DNA of 64,000 bases, taken from NCBI RefSeq assembly GCF_009914755.1, contig NC_060931.1. One strand, 5' to 3'. The stretch comes from the human T2T-CHM13v2.0 reference genome, Homo sapiens. The position numbers were made by a program, and so were the translations under genes. The stretch's first letter is position 1. Every line of letters starts with the position of its first letter. Shown one piece after another: positions 11,437-42,644 of this stretch. Under the pieces are notes generated by a model that made no database searches, was not told where the DNA came from, and saw only the letters and a program-made list of their open reading frames with translations.

Positions 11437-12466
11437 GTATGTATTTACTAAATGTATTGTTAGATTACTGATATGCTGCAGTAATGAACTACTTGATAAA
11501 GTCTTAATTCTGTGTCAAAAGAATTGACTTGTGAGGGGAGATTTGCATCCTTTATTGTTTGTTTATTCAGGATGATTACTTAAATCTTCAGTAATGGGTT
11601 TCCTCACAAAAGTGGTTGATACGTTTTGTTTTATAATTTTTTCCATTCTTCAGAGCAGTTTTTTAAAAGCATGTTTTATTTGGAATACAGAAGTAGTTAT
11701 ATAGCATTTGTACTTTTAGTTCAGAAATAAAATAATTTATTTTTAAAGTTCCTTTTACTGTTAAACAGAGTAGACTTTTATCTAGTACGGTATACATTTT
11801 TGTTAAGATTTGTACACATTTGTGGAATCAGTGGGGAAATATATTAGTAAATACTTATATCCACACAGCTTAATTTGGGAGTATTGTCACTTAAAATATT
11901 GCTCCTGCTAATAATGTAAAGCTCAATTTAGATTCTATGTCTGCAGAGATGTTGATCTTAGAGTATCATCGTTTTAATTTGGAAGATAAACTGCATGATG
12001 ATGGACCTGTTGGAATGTGGAACAGAGAATTTGATTCTCTGAATTTTGGATTTGGTTGAAATGATTACAAGTAGCTTCCCTTCATAGTTGCATCTGATGC
12101 TGGTGGGGAGCTAGTAGGGGCTAAACCTCGAGCTGGCTTTAGTTCTCATTTGCCAGAAATGACTGAAATGAAGAAAGATTTCTGACTTGCCTTTTCAGAA
12201 GCAATGAGTTTCTCAGCCAAATGAGTGGTTTCTTCTTTGATAGGAAGAGTTAAAATTAAGGACATGCCCCAAAGAGAGATGTATCAAGGCATATGCAACA
12301 GGAAACACCTTTGACTTTTTCCAGGAGGAAAGACAGTTGAAACTATATTATGTTAACGGGGAAAAAAGAGCCTAAGTTTATTTTAAAGTATAATACTACA
12401 AAGCAAGAAATCCAGTTTCTGAGCACAGGAATTTGGAAGGACTGTGACAGATAATAAATATAATAA

Positions 12467-15915
<3,449 letters not shown>

Positions 15916-16597
15916 CTATTCTTCTAGAATATATTCATATTGTAGTCTCTCTCTTTTCCTCATTTTGGCCCACTTTCTCCCTGCTAAACTCACTGTAGGC
16001 AGTATGCCCTTTCAGATTTAGGCAAAACAAAAAAAACTAAACCAAGCTGTCGTTTTTTTCCTCAACACATTTCTTCTGGTACGTATCTTCCCTGAGGAAA
16101 GATAAAGAAATTGACATGCTTTAAAAAATATTTCCATCTAGTTCCTAGTGATCGGGAAAAAAGATACATGACTAATAATTTATAGTAGACTTTAAATATA
16201 AAGCAAAGATGTTAACAGAAACTTGAAATTAAGATCTTAGGACATGGCAAATGTATACTCTCATAGTATGTGTGTTCAAAATTCAGAAATCAGCACCACT
16301 AATTTTATGATAGCCCTCATCATAGCGTAACTTTACTGTTGATAGGCCCTCATATCTTCTAGTGTAAAGTCATCATTTTACAGTTCAGAAAAACTAAGGC
16401 TTAGAGAAATTGTGCTGTTAAATGTCTCAATAAAAAAAAACCACAGTATTCTATACCATTTAGGAATCTTAAATCTAGAAATACTTAAAACAATTTTTTG
16501 TCAGTTTTTTAGGTAATTCAGTTATCCAGGGCAGTGACTTTCACATGTTTCTGAAACATCCTTGGAGGCAGCTCATGCACTAAGGATTTAGGAGTAG

Positions 16598-23200
<6,603 letters not shown>

Positions 23201-25209
23201 CTCTTGTTTGACCAAACTGATTTACTTATTGTCGTCTCACTCCTTTCTTTCCCTCGCATGCTTCTCATTTTTGTTTACACTCTTTTCTTCTGCCTGCAAT
23301 ATTCTTTCTCCTCTCTACAAATTTAAATCCTATCTGGCTTACTATATGTGATTGCCTTACCCTGTAACAATTTAGCCTCTGAACCCCAGTATAGCACCTG
23401 CTTTCTGTACTATTGAAAAAAAATTTATCTCATTTGTGTATATATTCTCATTCTCTCTCTCTTTCCAGTTAGATAGTACACCATAGTCTTTGTGTGATAA
23501 GACCTCTTGTTTTAACTTTTTCTAGTTTTCTTTGCATATCTAGGGTCAGAAATGGTTATAAAAATATTTCCTATGTTCTTAAGAAAATTACAAAAAGGTA
23601 GAAAAATATCATGATTTATCTTTACTTTGGGAAAAATAGGTTTGGAGCTGGAACATATACAAGTGGGAAGAGGCAGTTAAGAAATTGGGAAGTGGTAGAA
23701 AAGCAGCAGCGTTATGTATGCACAATGTGCCCCATTTCTCTTCACCCTATACTCATGTCTAAGGTATACTTGTTAACATGGGGGTCAGACTCCGTGTTCT
23801 TGTGTAATTCGTTAGAGCATCTTCTGGAAAAATGCTTGAGCTGTAACTATGGGGAGGAATATGTATAACTTTCATCCTGGAAAACTTGGATAAAGAAAGC
23901 CTGTAGTGAATGTAGTCATATATCTGTATCATACTAGATGCTGCTACTTAGATTTCCTGTTATTACATCAAAATCATCTTGTCCAGAACAAGACATTTTC
24001 CCTCATAGATCAGTTTTCCCATTTGATTTAGTCAGTTCTCTTGGTGGCATCATTGTTTTCTCATGTTTGAAATACTTGAAACCCTGAAGAGACTCCTGAC
24101 TTTTTTCTTTCCACACTTAATTTCCATTTAGCTAATACCTGTAGGTTGAAAGTTATTGTGTTATTGAAAGAATATTGAGCTATATTAAAGACCTGTTGAG
24201 ATTTTTACTCTGCTGCCATTAGCTTATGATCTTAGGCAAATATTGATCTGTCTGAGTCTTGATTTCCATATTTGTAAGAAGGTGTGATGGGATTCATTAT
24301 TCCAGAGACACTTCACATTTTTTAAATGATTTTTTTTTTTTTTAATTCTTCGGCACTCTGGTTTACCTCTGTCACCTCCTTTCTTTTTTCTCTTCTAATT
24401 TGACCCCAGTGGCTTTATTCCTAGGTTCTTGTAATATCTTTTCTTGCCCTTTGTCTCTTTCTTCTGGTCAATCCATCTAGTGTTAATGGTTCTGAAACAT
24501 GGATTTTATTGTGTCGTATTTCTGCCTGAGTAGTCAAGCATTCTTCTTTGCCTACAGAATAAATTCTGCATTTTTTTTGACTCATTTTCAGACTCTTTCA
24601 CCATCTAGTCAGAGGCTGTAAACTAGTGGCCTGTGGGCCAGTATAATCCTACATCCCCTTTTCCCCCCATCATTTTCCTTTATCTTCTAGTAGAAATCTT
24701 CTCGTTCCAGTTAAGTTGTTCCTCTTTATTTTCCCGATAGGAAATACTGTATTCTCCTCTTGAAGCATGTGCTCTGGCTCTTTCCCTCTATTATTTGTCT
24801 TCTGTGTAAATTATCTTCACTTGTCCTAGAAACCTCCTCATACACACTGATATTTAATAAAGATAGCCCTCTTTTGTGAATTTGCTTGAAAATGGAAGCA
24901 TTAGAAGTAGGTAAAGTTATGAGCCAAGGAAATAAGTTATTCATTGAACAAATATTGAGCTGTAATATAATATTATATCATATTATGTAACAAAATATTG
25001 AGTACCTATTATGTGGTGGACTGTGTTATCTGATTGGGGCTGTTACAATGATCAAGAAAGACTATGTTCCTCCCTCATTGAGCTTATATCCCATTGCAAT
25101 CAATATGCAAAAATAAGTAGGTTGACAGCCTGCCTTCAGAGTGCTTTTATAAACATCTTACTTGATCTGAACAGCAATCCTGAAGTACTTGAGAAAACAG
25201 AAGTTCAGC

Positions 25210-29020
<3,811 letters not shown>

Positions 29021-30924
29021 ACCATGTTTTAAATTTTAAGTACTTCTCATGTGCATAGCACAGTGCCAGAGTAGATGCTTAGTAGTCATCATGGTATGGA
29101 CAGAGGAATATAGATGACTAGTATTCTGAAAATCTGCCTTGGCTATACCTACTGTCCCACTAGGTCCCTGAAGAGATAACCACTGAGGATATTCCACATA
29201 CAAAAAAGCCTTCTTTATTATAATTAGGCCCTTGGTCCTAGGGCTTTGACACCAAAATCTACTATGATGAGTCAGGCTAGGCTATAAACTTGCAAGGACT
29301 TAGAGCCCAGAAAGTGACAAGCCCAACTAGCCTGCCTCTTGGAGGAAAAAAGAAGAATAGCTCAAAACACTTAAGAAGGTAAGGAGTCCAAGCAAAAGAG
29401 ATAATCCAAGGAGAGGCTAAGAAGAACCTCCCTCCAGAAGCTCAGATCAGTTTTGTCCTGGAATTCATCTTGACCACTCTGGCTTGTTAATAAGCCGCCC
29501 TGTGCCAAATGTTCTTCTTTGCCCTCTTTCCTAGTTTGATTTATTCAACATAGGCACATCGTAGATAAAACAGAAGAATCCTTGCCCTATGGAGCTCACA
29601 TTTTAGTGAGTTAATCTTACCCCTCTCATGCATCTTCCCCATGGCATGCCTTCCCCAAAAGGCTACTCTCACCAAAAAGTCCACCTCTACTATAGTGGTA
29701 AAATTGTATCTTTCTTGTGTTCATTTTGTTCTTAGTCTACATAGTTGCTTTTCTTCCTTTGGTTGGTTGTGTGATGTAACTTTAAAGAAGTGGAGGCAGG
29801 GAGCCTAGAATTATTGCAATAGAGACAGAGATGTTTAGGTTAAAAACAATGAGGCAAAATTTATGTGTTACTTTTAAGTTTTTGTTGAATACGGATTGGA
29901 AATGTAGTTGATCAGGGAACTGATGAAAGTAAGATAAAGGAGATACGGAAGAAAGGAAGTAGACAGCTGCTTTGAATCTCTGTGGTGAGCTTTCTTAGAT
30001 GTTGTGGGGAATGACTTACTGAAAAATATTGAAAGGTAAGTTAGTACTGAAATAACCGGAACTAGCATGGTAAAGTGGAAGCAATATTAGACTAGGAATC
30101 AGTCTAACCAGATTTTCTGATAAGCACCCTGAGCAAGTCATTCTTTCTGTGCAAAGAATGGGACTAAAACTAGATCAGTGAGTGGTTCTCAACATTGCAC
30201 ATTAAAAATACCTGGGGGGCTTTTACAATTCAGTCAGTCTTTGGGAGGTAGGAATTGGGACTGTTTTTTAAAAGCTTCCATCAATATTATGTAAAAGTTC
30301 CCCAGGTCTAAGTTGAGAACCACAGTGGATCAAAAAGTCTTTCCAACTGTGACATCTTGCATTTTATGAAATAAAATAGAATGTAGCATCATGTGAACAG
30401 CTATAGCTTGTGGAAATAAAATATTAAGGAAGTTGTTGGCGTGATTGATGTTTAGAAATTGTTAATTTCAGAAACGTACTGCCTGGCATATCAAAGACAA
30501 TGACAGCATCCTTCTGCCATTAGCTTCTTTCATTCCTGTTATATTTTCTGGAATTCTTTCTTAGGAATATTTAAGTTTTTCTGCATTTTCTTAATAATTG
30601 TTTAATGAGCACCTTTTAAATTTGAATTTCTACACATCATAGAAAGCTTTACTTTTTGTTTATTGTCACTGAAAAACTCCTTAGCTTGTTAAACCAGACT
30701 AATGAATCGGGGGGTAAGGATTGGAGCCTGGAAAAATCTCAGCATGCTCAGTAACAGTACAGTACTTTAATACCATTAAGCATGATGAGGACTTTTATAA
30801 CAGTGATGAGTCCTCATTATTTCCCAAAGGATAACTGGGGGCAGAATTTATACGTTCCCATTCATTCCATTATATAATTAAGAACTGAAGGTAATATAGT
30901 TTTACAGAAAAACATTTTCTGTTT

Positions 30925-31735
<811 letters not shown>

Positions 31736-33299
31736 AGTATTCAGAGAGTTGAAGTCTGACTCATTGGAGTCCCTTCGGGCCATAATAAAACAAATCTATT
31801 TCTGCTGCTTTATGAAAAATTCCTCAGTTGATTGAAGTTGGTTCACATCTTTTGTCTTCTCTATTTATTTCTGTTCCCTGGCTTTTTTGTGCAGCCTGGT
31901 TTTGAGATACTTTGTCTAATTTTCTCATATTCCTTTTGAAATGTGTTAGTACATAGAATGTGTGTTTTGGAGAGCAGTGGTTTGCTTTTAAAACCAGCCT
32001 TCAGTAGAGAGTTCCTACTTTGTTTATACTGTGTCCTCTTTGAGTTAGTTTTAGACAATATAGATTTTTCTCAGTTGTGCCATGCTGTAACTGTTACTCT
32101 TGACTACTTACATTTTTAAAATGTCTGATTCTCTGCTCATACCTACTTATTTGTAAATTTATTGTCTTGGATATGTAACTATAGGACTTCATATTTATTT
32201 CTTTTAAATTTTATCTGGTCTATTAATACTTTTGAATCTTGATCTCGTGCATTAGCTATCCTTTTTAGTTGGGATATTTTATAAAATTAATTATCATACG
32301 TTTGTTTTATACATATTTAGGTTGTTGACAAGTTAAATAGGCATACTCATTTTTAGATACTGTATACAAAGCTAAGGCTCAGACCTGTGTGCCATACTCT
32401 ATTCCTGTTCCCTGTTACCATAAACTTCCCTGTGATTAATAGTGGCATATAAATAAATAAATATTTTAAAGATCTGCCTTCTAAATCTTCTGTACAACCT
32501 GGAACATTACTTTTTGCCTTTTCCTAAGATTCATTTGCTTCTCCCTCTTTAGATCCAGTTTAATTGTATCCTCTTCAGAAAGGTCTTCTCTGACCAACTC
32601 ATCCCAAGTAGGCCCCCATAATAATGGGGAACATTGCTATTTTATTACATCATCTGACTTTGTTCATAGACATGATTCTTGTTATTTGTTTCCCCTCAAA
32701 TAGAATGTAAGCTCCATGAAGTCAGACTGTCTGTGTCACTTAAGTCTATATCCCTAGCACCTAAAGTAGTGCTTACCACAAGTGGGAACTTAATAGTCAA
32801 AGGAAGGAGAATGACTTGTACTCCCTTTTTACCAACCCTCCAGAGATTTTGAGGTATTCCAAGGGTGGTCACACCTCCAGTTGGAAAATCTCCGCCTTGC
32901 TTTCATCACCGATTAATCATACCTGTAATGATCCTTGCATCTTGCCAATTTTTTCTCATATTTTCCCCCAAAAAAGTTTCATGAAAGATCTTAACAGTTG
33001 CCTAGATACATATAAAAATGGATAGATTTTTAGATATTTTGTCTCAGATATGAGGAAAGCCTCTGGTTTGGTAAATAACACCTAATTGGAATTTCCAAGT
33101 AGAAGGACCCTAGATTCAGTAAGAGTATTTATTTCCCTGATACATGCTTATTATAAGTGGGATTAAATGCTTGTTCTCTGTGCACTTATGTTGGGTCTTA
33201 CTAGTAAATCACCTCTTTACTAGTTTATATGGAGTCTTGTCCCCAGACAAGACTATATCAAAGTCAACAGTCTTGTTTTGTTGTGGGTTTTTAAAAATT

Positions 33300-33436
33300 T
33301 TTTATTTTTTAAAATTGAGACAGGTGTTAGTGTGTTGCCCAGGCTAGGCTGGTCTCAAATTCCTGGGCTCAAGCGATCCTCCTGCCTTGGCCTTCCAAAG
33401 TGCTGGGATTACAGGCATGAGCCACCATGCCTGGCC
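33300..33436 (-). mobile_element. Left Alu monomer (FLAM/AluJ half), antisense, 440 nt upstream of exon 3
   Basis: gctcaagcgatcctcctgccttggccttccaaagtgctgggattacagg. Confidence 0.85.
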
Positions 33437-33876
33437 ACCAGTCTGGTTTTTGAGGACTCCATCTTTATTTGAAAAATAGGATGTTCTTCAAAGCACATTG
33501 ACATCTCAACAATTTGATGTATATATTCTTTTAGTTTGGTTTAAAATTAACTTGATCTTTTTTGTGTTGTGGAGCTAAATGAACTATGTTGTGATATAGA
33601 AGCTAGCTTTTTTCAGATTCTGAAAAGCTTTTCCATATCCATTTATTCTTAAATACAAGTGATCCCTGTTCCCATCTGTTGGTAGACAAAATTGGTGCCA
33701 TTTTTTTCTTCTGACACCACGTTTTATATTTGTCTATGAAATTTTGTAATTTGGAAGCCCCTACATAAAAAAGCATCTGTATGACTTAATATGTATTCTG
33801 ACAAGAACTGTGGTTGTTGAAGCATTTTTTAAAAAACTTTTTTTTGTTTTAATATTATGTCTTTTTTCCCTTCCAG

Positions 33877-33975
33877 AGAATGGATCTTGGAGAATGTCTG
33901 AAAGTCCATGACCTGGCTTTAAGAGCGGATTATGAAATTGCATCCAAAGAACAAGATTTTTTCTTTGAACTTGAT
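33877..33975 (+). CDS. LUC7L2: LUC7L2 exon 3 (99 nt, phase 0->0): RMDLGECLKVHDLALRADYEIASKEQDFFFELD
   Basis: Acceptor ttttttcccttccag|AGA, donor GAT|gtatgt. Completes ZnF1 (C-x7-C-x14-C-x3-H across exons 2-3). Confidence 0.98.
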
Positions 33976-34371
33976 GTATGTGATTTTGCTTTAATGGTTT
34001 GTTGTTATCTTTTGCTGTAAAACATTGTGAATGTGGATTAAGATCTCTTAATAGGAAAAACTCTTAGCAGTTTATCCTCTGGTTATATGAAGGGTAAGAC
34101 TCAAGTAAGATCATGTACTTTCTTGACAACTCTTTTAAAAATATGAGGTGAGACTGTATTTTAAGAAAATGTGTAACAGTCGTATGATTCATATATTCTT
34201 TTGGAAATTAAGCATATTCTTCCCAACAAAATAGTAATGATTAAGGAAATATCAAGCAAATGTAAGCAACTAATTTATAGTGTATATAAGGACCTATCTT
34301 TAGTAATATACTGAGTTTTTACATTCATATTTATTTTTGAATCTACTTATATATATATATACATGTATATA

Positions 34372-35062
<691 letters not shown>

Positions 35063-35486
35063 GTTTGGGGGATATTAAGGACAGTGTTTTTAATGAAAAA
35101 CCAAGAAATGGAAGACACCATTTAGATACCTAAAAAAGCCTGAAATGTAACTTTATATTGCTGTTTTTATATGAAAATCGTTTGCATAAAAATAAAGTTT
35201 TTTTGCATATATATAATCAGCATTACATAAAACATACTAATGTGCATAAATCTTTGATACATTTTATAAGTGAAATAATAGATGTTTTAAATTTGGTTTT
35301 AGGAGATAAACCAACAAACAGGTCCTCTTGTCTTCTGAATATCCAAGAATTTCTGCTAATGGAAATGAAATTGTTTTCAGAAATATAATTTACAACACAT
35401 TTTCCCTACTTTTTTGGTGGTTTTTGGCCTTGCGGGGGTATTTTTATATTTATATCTTCTGATTTATCAGTCTTTAACAAATCTAT

Positions 35487-35810
35487 AGCCAGGCGTGGTG
35501 GCTCGTAATCCCAGCACTGTAATCCCAGCACTTTGGGAGGCTGTAATCCCAGCACTTTGGGAGGCCGAGGCAGGGGTGGATCACCTAAGGTCAGTAGTTC
35601 AAGACCAGCCTGGCCAACATGGTGAAACCCCATCTCTACTAAAAATACAAAAATTAGCCGGGCATGGTGGTGGGTGCCTGTAATCCCAGCTACTCAGGAG
35701 GCTGAGGCAGGAGAATCACTTGAACCCGGGAGTCAGGTTGCAGTGAGCCTAGATCATGCCACTGTGCTCCAGCTTGGGGGACAGAGCGAGACTCTGTCTC
35801 AAAACACAAA
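35487..35810 (+). mobile_element. AluS with internal tandem triplication of gtaatcccagcact
   Basis: Seen directly at 35505-35556. Confidence 0.9.
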
Positions 35811-36759
35811 CAGAGAAACCAAATCTATTTCATTAGTTCTAAACGCTTTTCTTTTTCTGAGGTGCTAAGAGTTCTCTCCTGTGGTTTCTTCTGGCATATT
35901 TTGGCTTCATTTTATAGACTTTTAAGTCCTCGATTCATCTCAGATTTATTCTGGTTTAAGGAACTGAGATATGGATCTAGTCTCCCCCCAACCCCACATA
36001 GCTACTTAGTCACCCAACACTATTTGCTGATTAGTCCATCTTTTCTCTCACTGCTTTGAGATGCCATCTTTATCTTTACATAAGGAAATTTGAATAGATT
36101 TCTGTTGTGATTTAAAAATTTTCAAATTAAAAGAAATTAACTATTTTTATGTTATCACAGATAAAAGCTGTTTAAGAAATGATCCTTATTGCTTTTCACA
36201 TTGAAGAAATTCTTGGGTTATCCAACTATTTTTGGAATTCAATGTGTGCTGAATAAATTTGTATTTTTAGTTCAAACATTTGTATCTTGAATTAGTTATA
36301 TTTCTGTACAGTAAGATTTGGAAGTCCAAACTTGAGAATGAATTCTTAAAGTTTACTTTTAAATGAACTATTAATTGTAGACATTAATATGTGCCTCACA
36401 AATGTCTTATATAAATATTGAATTTTTATAGTGTAGATACTGCTAAAATTCTCAATGGTTTATTCTCTGAAAAAAGATAAGTTTTCCTGATGTGCGAGAC
36501 TCTTGTCTCAAAAAAAAAAATTCTAAAGCAGTTTGGAGAATTAAAAGAAAAAAGGGTAAAAATGTTCGGAAATACTTACTGTTAGCATTTTGTATAGTTT
36601 TCCATTTTTTCTGTATTTTCTTTTTGTCCATTCAGATCTAGACTTGCAGCAGATTTTTCTGTCTTTATTTTACAAAATTGGGATCTTACTGCATAACATT
36701 TGTAATTTGCTTTTTATTTACAAATGAATCCTGAACATTTCTTCATGTCCTCAAGTGAT

Positions 36760-37330
<571 letters not shown>

Positions 37331-37430
37331 CATGGTAGCATTTTAAAAAGCAAAGTGTGATTTTTGTATGAAGATATTTCTGAATAAAATTGACTTTCTG
37401 ACAGTAATTGTCTTTAATTAAACTTTGTAG

Positions 37431-37541
37431 GCCATGGATCATCTGCAGTCATTCATTGCAGATTGTGATCGTAGAACAGAAGTGGCCAAGAAAAGATTAG
37501 CAGAAACTCAAGAAGAGATTAGTGCTGAAGTAGCAGCAAAG
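37431..37541 (+). CDS. LUC7L2: LUC7L2 exon 4 (111 nt, phase 0->0): AMDHLQSFIADCDRRTEVAKKRLAETQEEISAEVAAK
   Basis: Acceptor aaactttgtag|GCC, donor AAG|gtaaga; in frame with exon 3. Confidence 0.98.
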
Positions 37542-37589
37542 GTAAGAATTTTAATCATTTCATTAGTACAAAGTATTATTTCGACTCCT

Positions 37590-38450
<861 letters not shown>

Positions 38451-38924
38451 GCTTTTAAAAGCAAATGTTAAATGTCAATATTTCACCTGTAAGTTATAAC
38501 CACAGTAATACATACATAAAGTTAACAGTAATTTTTTAATGTTATCCAGTGTATGTTTATTTTTCTTATAGAGTCGATTTATTAGAATCCAAACAAGGTC
38601 TTTTATATTGCATTTGTTGATGACTTATTACAACATAATTATATTCCATTCAGTATGATCAAGTGTGTTTTATGAAAATGCAGAATGGGAGAAAAAGAGT
38701 TACCCAGGTGGAGTTTAGATGACAGTATTAAAATATGGTGTTCAGATATGTATATACAAATGAAAATAGATTCCATCGTTTGAGAAAAGGGTTGCTTTTA
38801 GTCAACCTTTTCTGAAAATTCTCTGAAGATGGGGACTGGAAAGACGGGCATCCTGAAGTACAAAGGATCTAGTATCTCATGGTTGGAAGAGATCTGTAAG
38901 TGCTTGGTAGAGCCTGAGTTGTAT

Positions 38925-39345
38925 TGGTTGTATTGGTTATCCATCACTACACAAATGCTGTATAACAAACCACCTCAAAGCTCAGTGACTTAAAACACTA
39001 TTTATTTAGCCCATGACTCTGCAGTCAGTGATTTAGGCTGAACTTGACTGAGCAGTTATTCTTGTTTCAGCTGGGCTTACTCACATGCCTTGCAGTCCAC
39101 TAGAGGATGCAGAGCCATGCCCAGCAGGCTAGCCTGGCCGTGTTCTCATAGTGGTGGTAGAGGTGCAGAAGCATCAAGCCCCATCACACAGGCCTCTCCT
39201 TTGGTCATGTTTGCTACCATCTCAGTAACCAAAGCAAGTTCATGGCCAAATTCAGAGTCAGAGTACGATGGTACACAATTACATGGTCAAGGACATGGAT
39301 ACAGGGAAGAAAGAAGAGTTTTGGACAACAGTTTAGTCATTCAAT
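38925..39345. mobile_element. MLT1-family (ERVL-MaLR) solo LTR
   Basis: gtataacaaaccacctcaaagctcagtgacttaaaaca...ccaaagcaagttcatggccaa. Confidence 0.75.
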
Positions 39346-39521
39346 GATACATTTAAAGGAAAATACCATTTGGTAGAGAGGGAGGATAGTGATAATAGAA
39401 TTGGACTCTCATTGAGGGAAGAAATATTTTGGGTTGAAGGATATTTGAGAAGTAAAGACTATTAATTAAACCAGTAAACTGGTTTGTTGGGACTGGAAAC
39501 TCATACCAAACTAAAACCTTC

Positions 39522-39849
<328 letters not shown>

Positions 39850-40049
39850 TTATAATTGGCCATACAGCAAAGACTTTGTGGCCCAAATAATGATTATATG
39901 TATGTTTTATGTGCCATTACAACAGTAGGAATGAACTAAGTTGCTAGGATGATGATGGTGATGAGGAAGAGGAACGTATTCTTTCCCAAGGCCAGAGTTA
40001 ATCCTGGTGGAAAGCTAAGGACTCATAGAGTGGAGTTGCCAGGCGAGTA

Positions 40050-40690
40050 TGCTGAAAATCAGCAAGGTGCTATGCAGGGTACATACGAGGCTTATTTTCT
40101 CATTTCTCACAACTTTGTGGGATAGGTACTTCTTAGATGAGGAAATGAATTCAGGTATAAGTAATGTGGCCAAAATTACACAGATAGTAATTGGTTTAGC
40201 AATAAGTCAGATCTGATGGATTCCTGAACTTGATCCACCAATTCATTTCTTTAACTCATATTTGAGCCTAGGCTATTTGCTGAGCACTAGAGATACAAAG
40301 ATGGGAAATACAGATAGCTGTCCTTAAAGTAGTATGATATTTATGAAAGGAACTGTCAAAAAAGATACAAAGGTGACACAAAGGAGAGAGTATGGCCATC
40401 TTTGCTGATGTGTTTAAGTGGGGCTGGGATGTGGTGACTGTTCAGGAATGTTTTACAGAAATGGCCCTTGAGTTGTATCTTGTTGGAACGAGTGAATATT
40501 CAGTAGGCAGGCGAGAGGTAAGGGATCCCATCCCAGAAAGAAGAGTATATGCAAAGTAACAGAGGTAGAAAACAACAGGGTAAGTTTGGGGAAACTATAA
40601 ATTATGTTGTGAGGTGGGGGAGTAGCAAGAGATGGTTTAGAAAAGTACAAAGGGCCAGATCATGGAAGAAATCGTATTTTACACTAGGAA
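40050..40690. mobile_element. MIR (about 40050-40230) followed by an L2 fragment (about 40240-40690)
   Basis: ctcacaactttgtgggataggtact...gatgaggaaatgaattcag; catatttgagcctaggctatttgctgagcactagagatacaaagatg...gggccagatcatgga. Confidence 0.65.
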
Positions 40691-40937
40691 TACACCACCT
40701 CGCCAGAGGATAGAAAGTTATATTGGGCCCAGTAGTAGCCCTGACTTCATTGAGGTAAGGCAGGCAGGCTCAGAACATCCTGATGTCTCAGTAGTTCATT
40801 TGGGATACGCTCAGAAAGCATTCTTTAACCACATACTGCCTTAGATAACAAGTTTTTTCTCAGCAGTTCTGAAATACTTTGAAATTTAAAATTCATTCTC
40901 TTGTTTATTCATGATCTTCTTTTTTATTTCTTTTTAG

Positions 40938-41081
40938 GCAGAACGTGTTCATGAGTTAAATGAAGAAATTGGTAAATTGTTAGCCAAGGTGGAACAACTA
41001 GGAGCTGAAGGGAATGTGGAGGAATCCCAGAAAGTAATGGATGAAGTAGAGAAAGCACGGGCAAAGAAAAGAGAAGCAGAG
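40938..41081 (+). CDS. LUC7L2: LUC7L2 exon 5 (144 nt, phase 0->0): AERVHELNEEIGKLLAKVEQLGAEGNVEESQKVMDEVEKARAKKREAE, coiled coil
   Basis: Acceptor tttctttttag|GCA, donor GAG|gtaaat. Confidence 0.98.
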
Positions 41082-41259
41082 GTAAATTCTTAATAGTAGT
41101 AGACGAATTCTGCTTAATTTGGTAAGACTACAAATAAAAAGTAGTAGATGAAACTTCAGTATCTATACTTCTCTAAGAACATGTATTTGAATGGAAATTA
41201 TTGAACAGTTGTTAAAGAGAAGTTGAACTAAAAGACAAAAACAAAACAAAACTCGGAAA

Positions 41260-41948
<689 letters not shown>

Positions 41949-42295
41949 GTTTTTTTGTTGTTGTTGTTTTTTAAAATACTTTTGGTAAATTTGTCTTTCA
42001 GAAAATCTCTCTAAGTTGTATTTATTGATATAAAGTTGTTCATAGTGTTCTCTTTTAATATCTGTAGAATGTTTGCAATTCGTGTCTTTTCTTAATTAAT
42101 CTAGCTGGTCAGTTTTATTTTGTTTTTCAAAGAACCAGTCTTCTGATTTTATTGTTTTTTTCTTGTTTTCTATTTCATTGATTTCTGTTCATGTTTATTA
42201 TTTCCTTATACTCCAGTGGAGAGAGGCGCTAAGGATAGAGGATGGGGATAAAGGGAACCTATAATTTTCATAACAAAATAGCCATGCTTTTGTGG

Positions 42296-42355
42296 TTTTT
42301 TTTTTTTTTTTTTTTTGAGCTGGAGTCTCGCCCCAGTGAGCCACCGTGCCCAGCC
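42296..42355 (-). mobile_element. Internally deleted (collapsed) Alu, about 60 bp
   Basis: T21-gagctggagtctcgccccagtgagccaccgtgcccagcc with TSD cttttgtg at 42287-42294 and 42357-42364. Confidence 0.85.
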
Positions 42356-42467
42356 ACTTTTGTGTATTTTTTAGAAAACACTTTTGGTATAAGCATAGTA
42401 TATTTTATTTAATTGTATGACTTTTAGTGAGATTTATATGGTCATTGTTTTTCTCACTTTTGTTTAG

Positions 42468-42644
42468 GAAGTTTATCGGAATTCTATGCCAGCTTCCAGT
42501 TTTCAGCAGCAGAAACTTCGAGTCTGTGAAGTCTGCTCTGCCTATTTAGGACTTCATGATAATGACAGACGACTGGCTGATCATTTTGGGGGTAAACTGC
42601 ACCTGGGATTTATTGAAATAAGAGAGAAGCTTGAAGAATTAAAG
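42468..42644 (+). CDS. LUC7L2: LUC7L2 exon 6 (177 nt, phase 0->0): EVYRNSMPASSFQQQKLRVCEVCSAYLGLHDNDRRLADHFGGKLHLGFIEIREKLEELK, zinc finger 2
   Basis: Acceptor cttttgtttag|GAA, donor AAG|gtacat. Contains the LUC7 hallmark CEVCSAYL...DHFGGKLH C2H2 (U1/matrin-type) finger. Confidence 0.99.

Noticed and set aside
30782-30835. Box C (ATGATGA/GTGATGA) motifs suggesting a C/D snoRNA or hammerhead core; a similar ATGATGA occurs at 29264
   Set aside because: No correctly placed D box (CTGA) with terminal stem, and no CUGAUGA...GAAA hammerhead core; only the plain hairpin was kept.
40931-40943. Tandem acceptor tag|GCAG| at exon 5
   Set aside because: A +4 shift would frameshift; this is a common motif with no other support.
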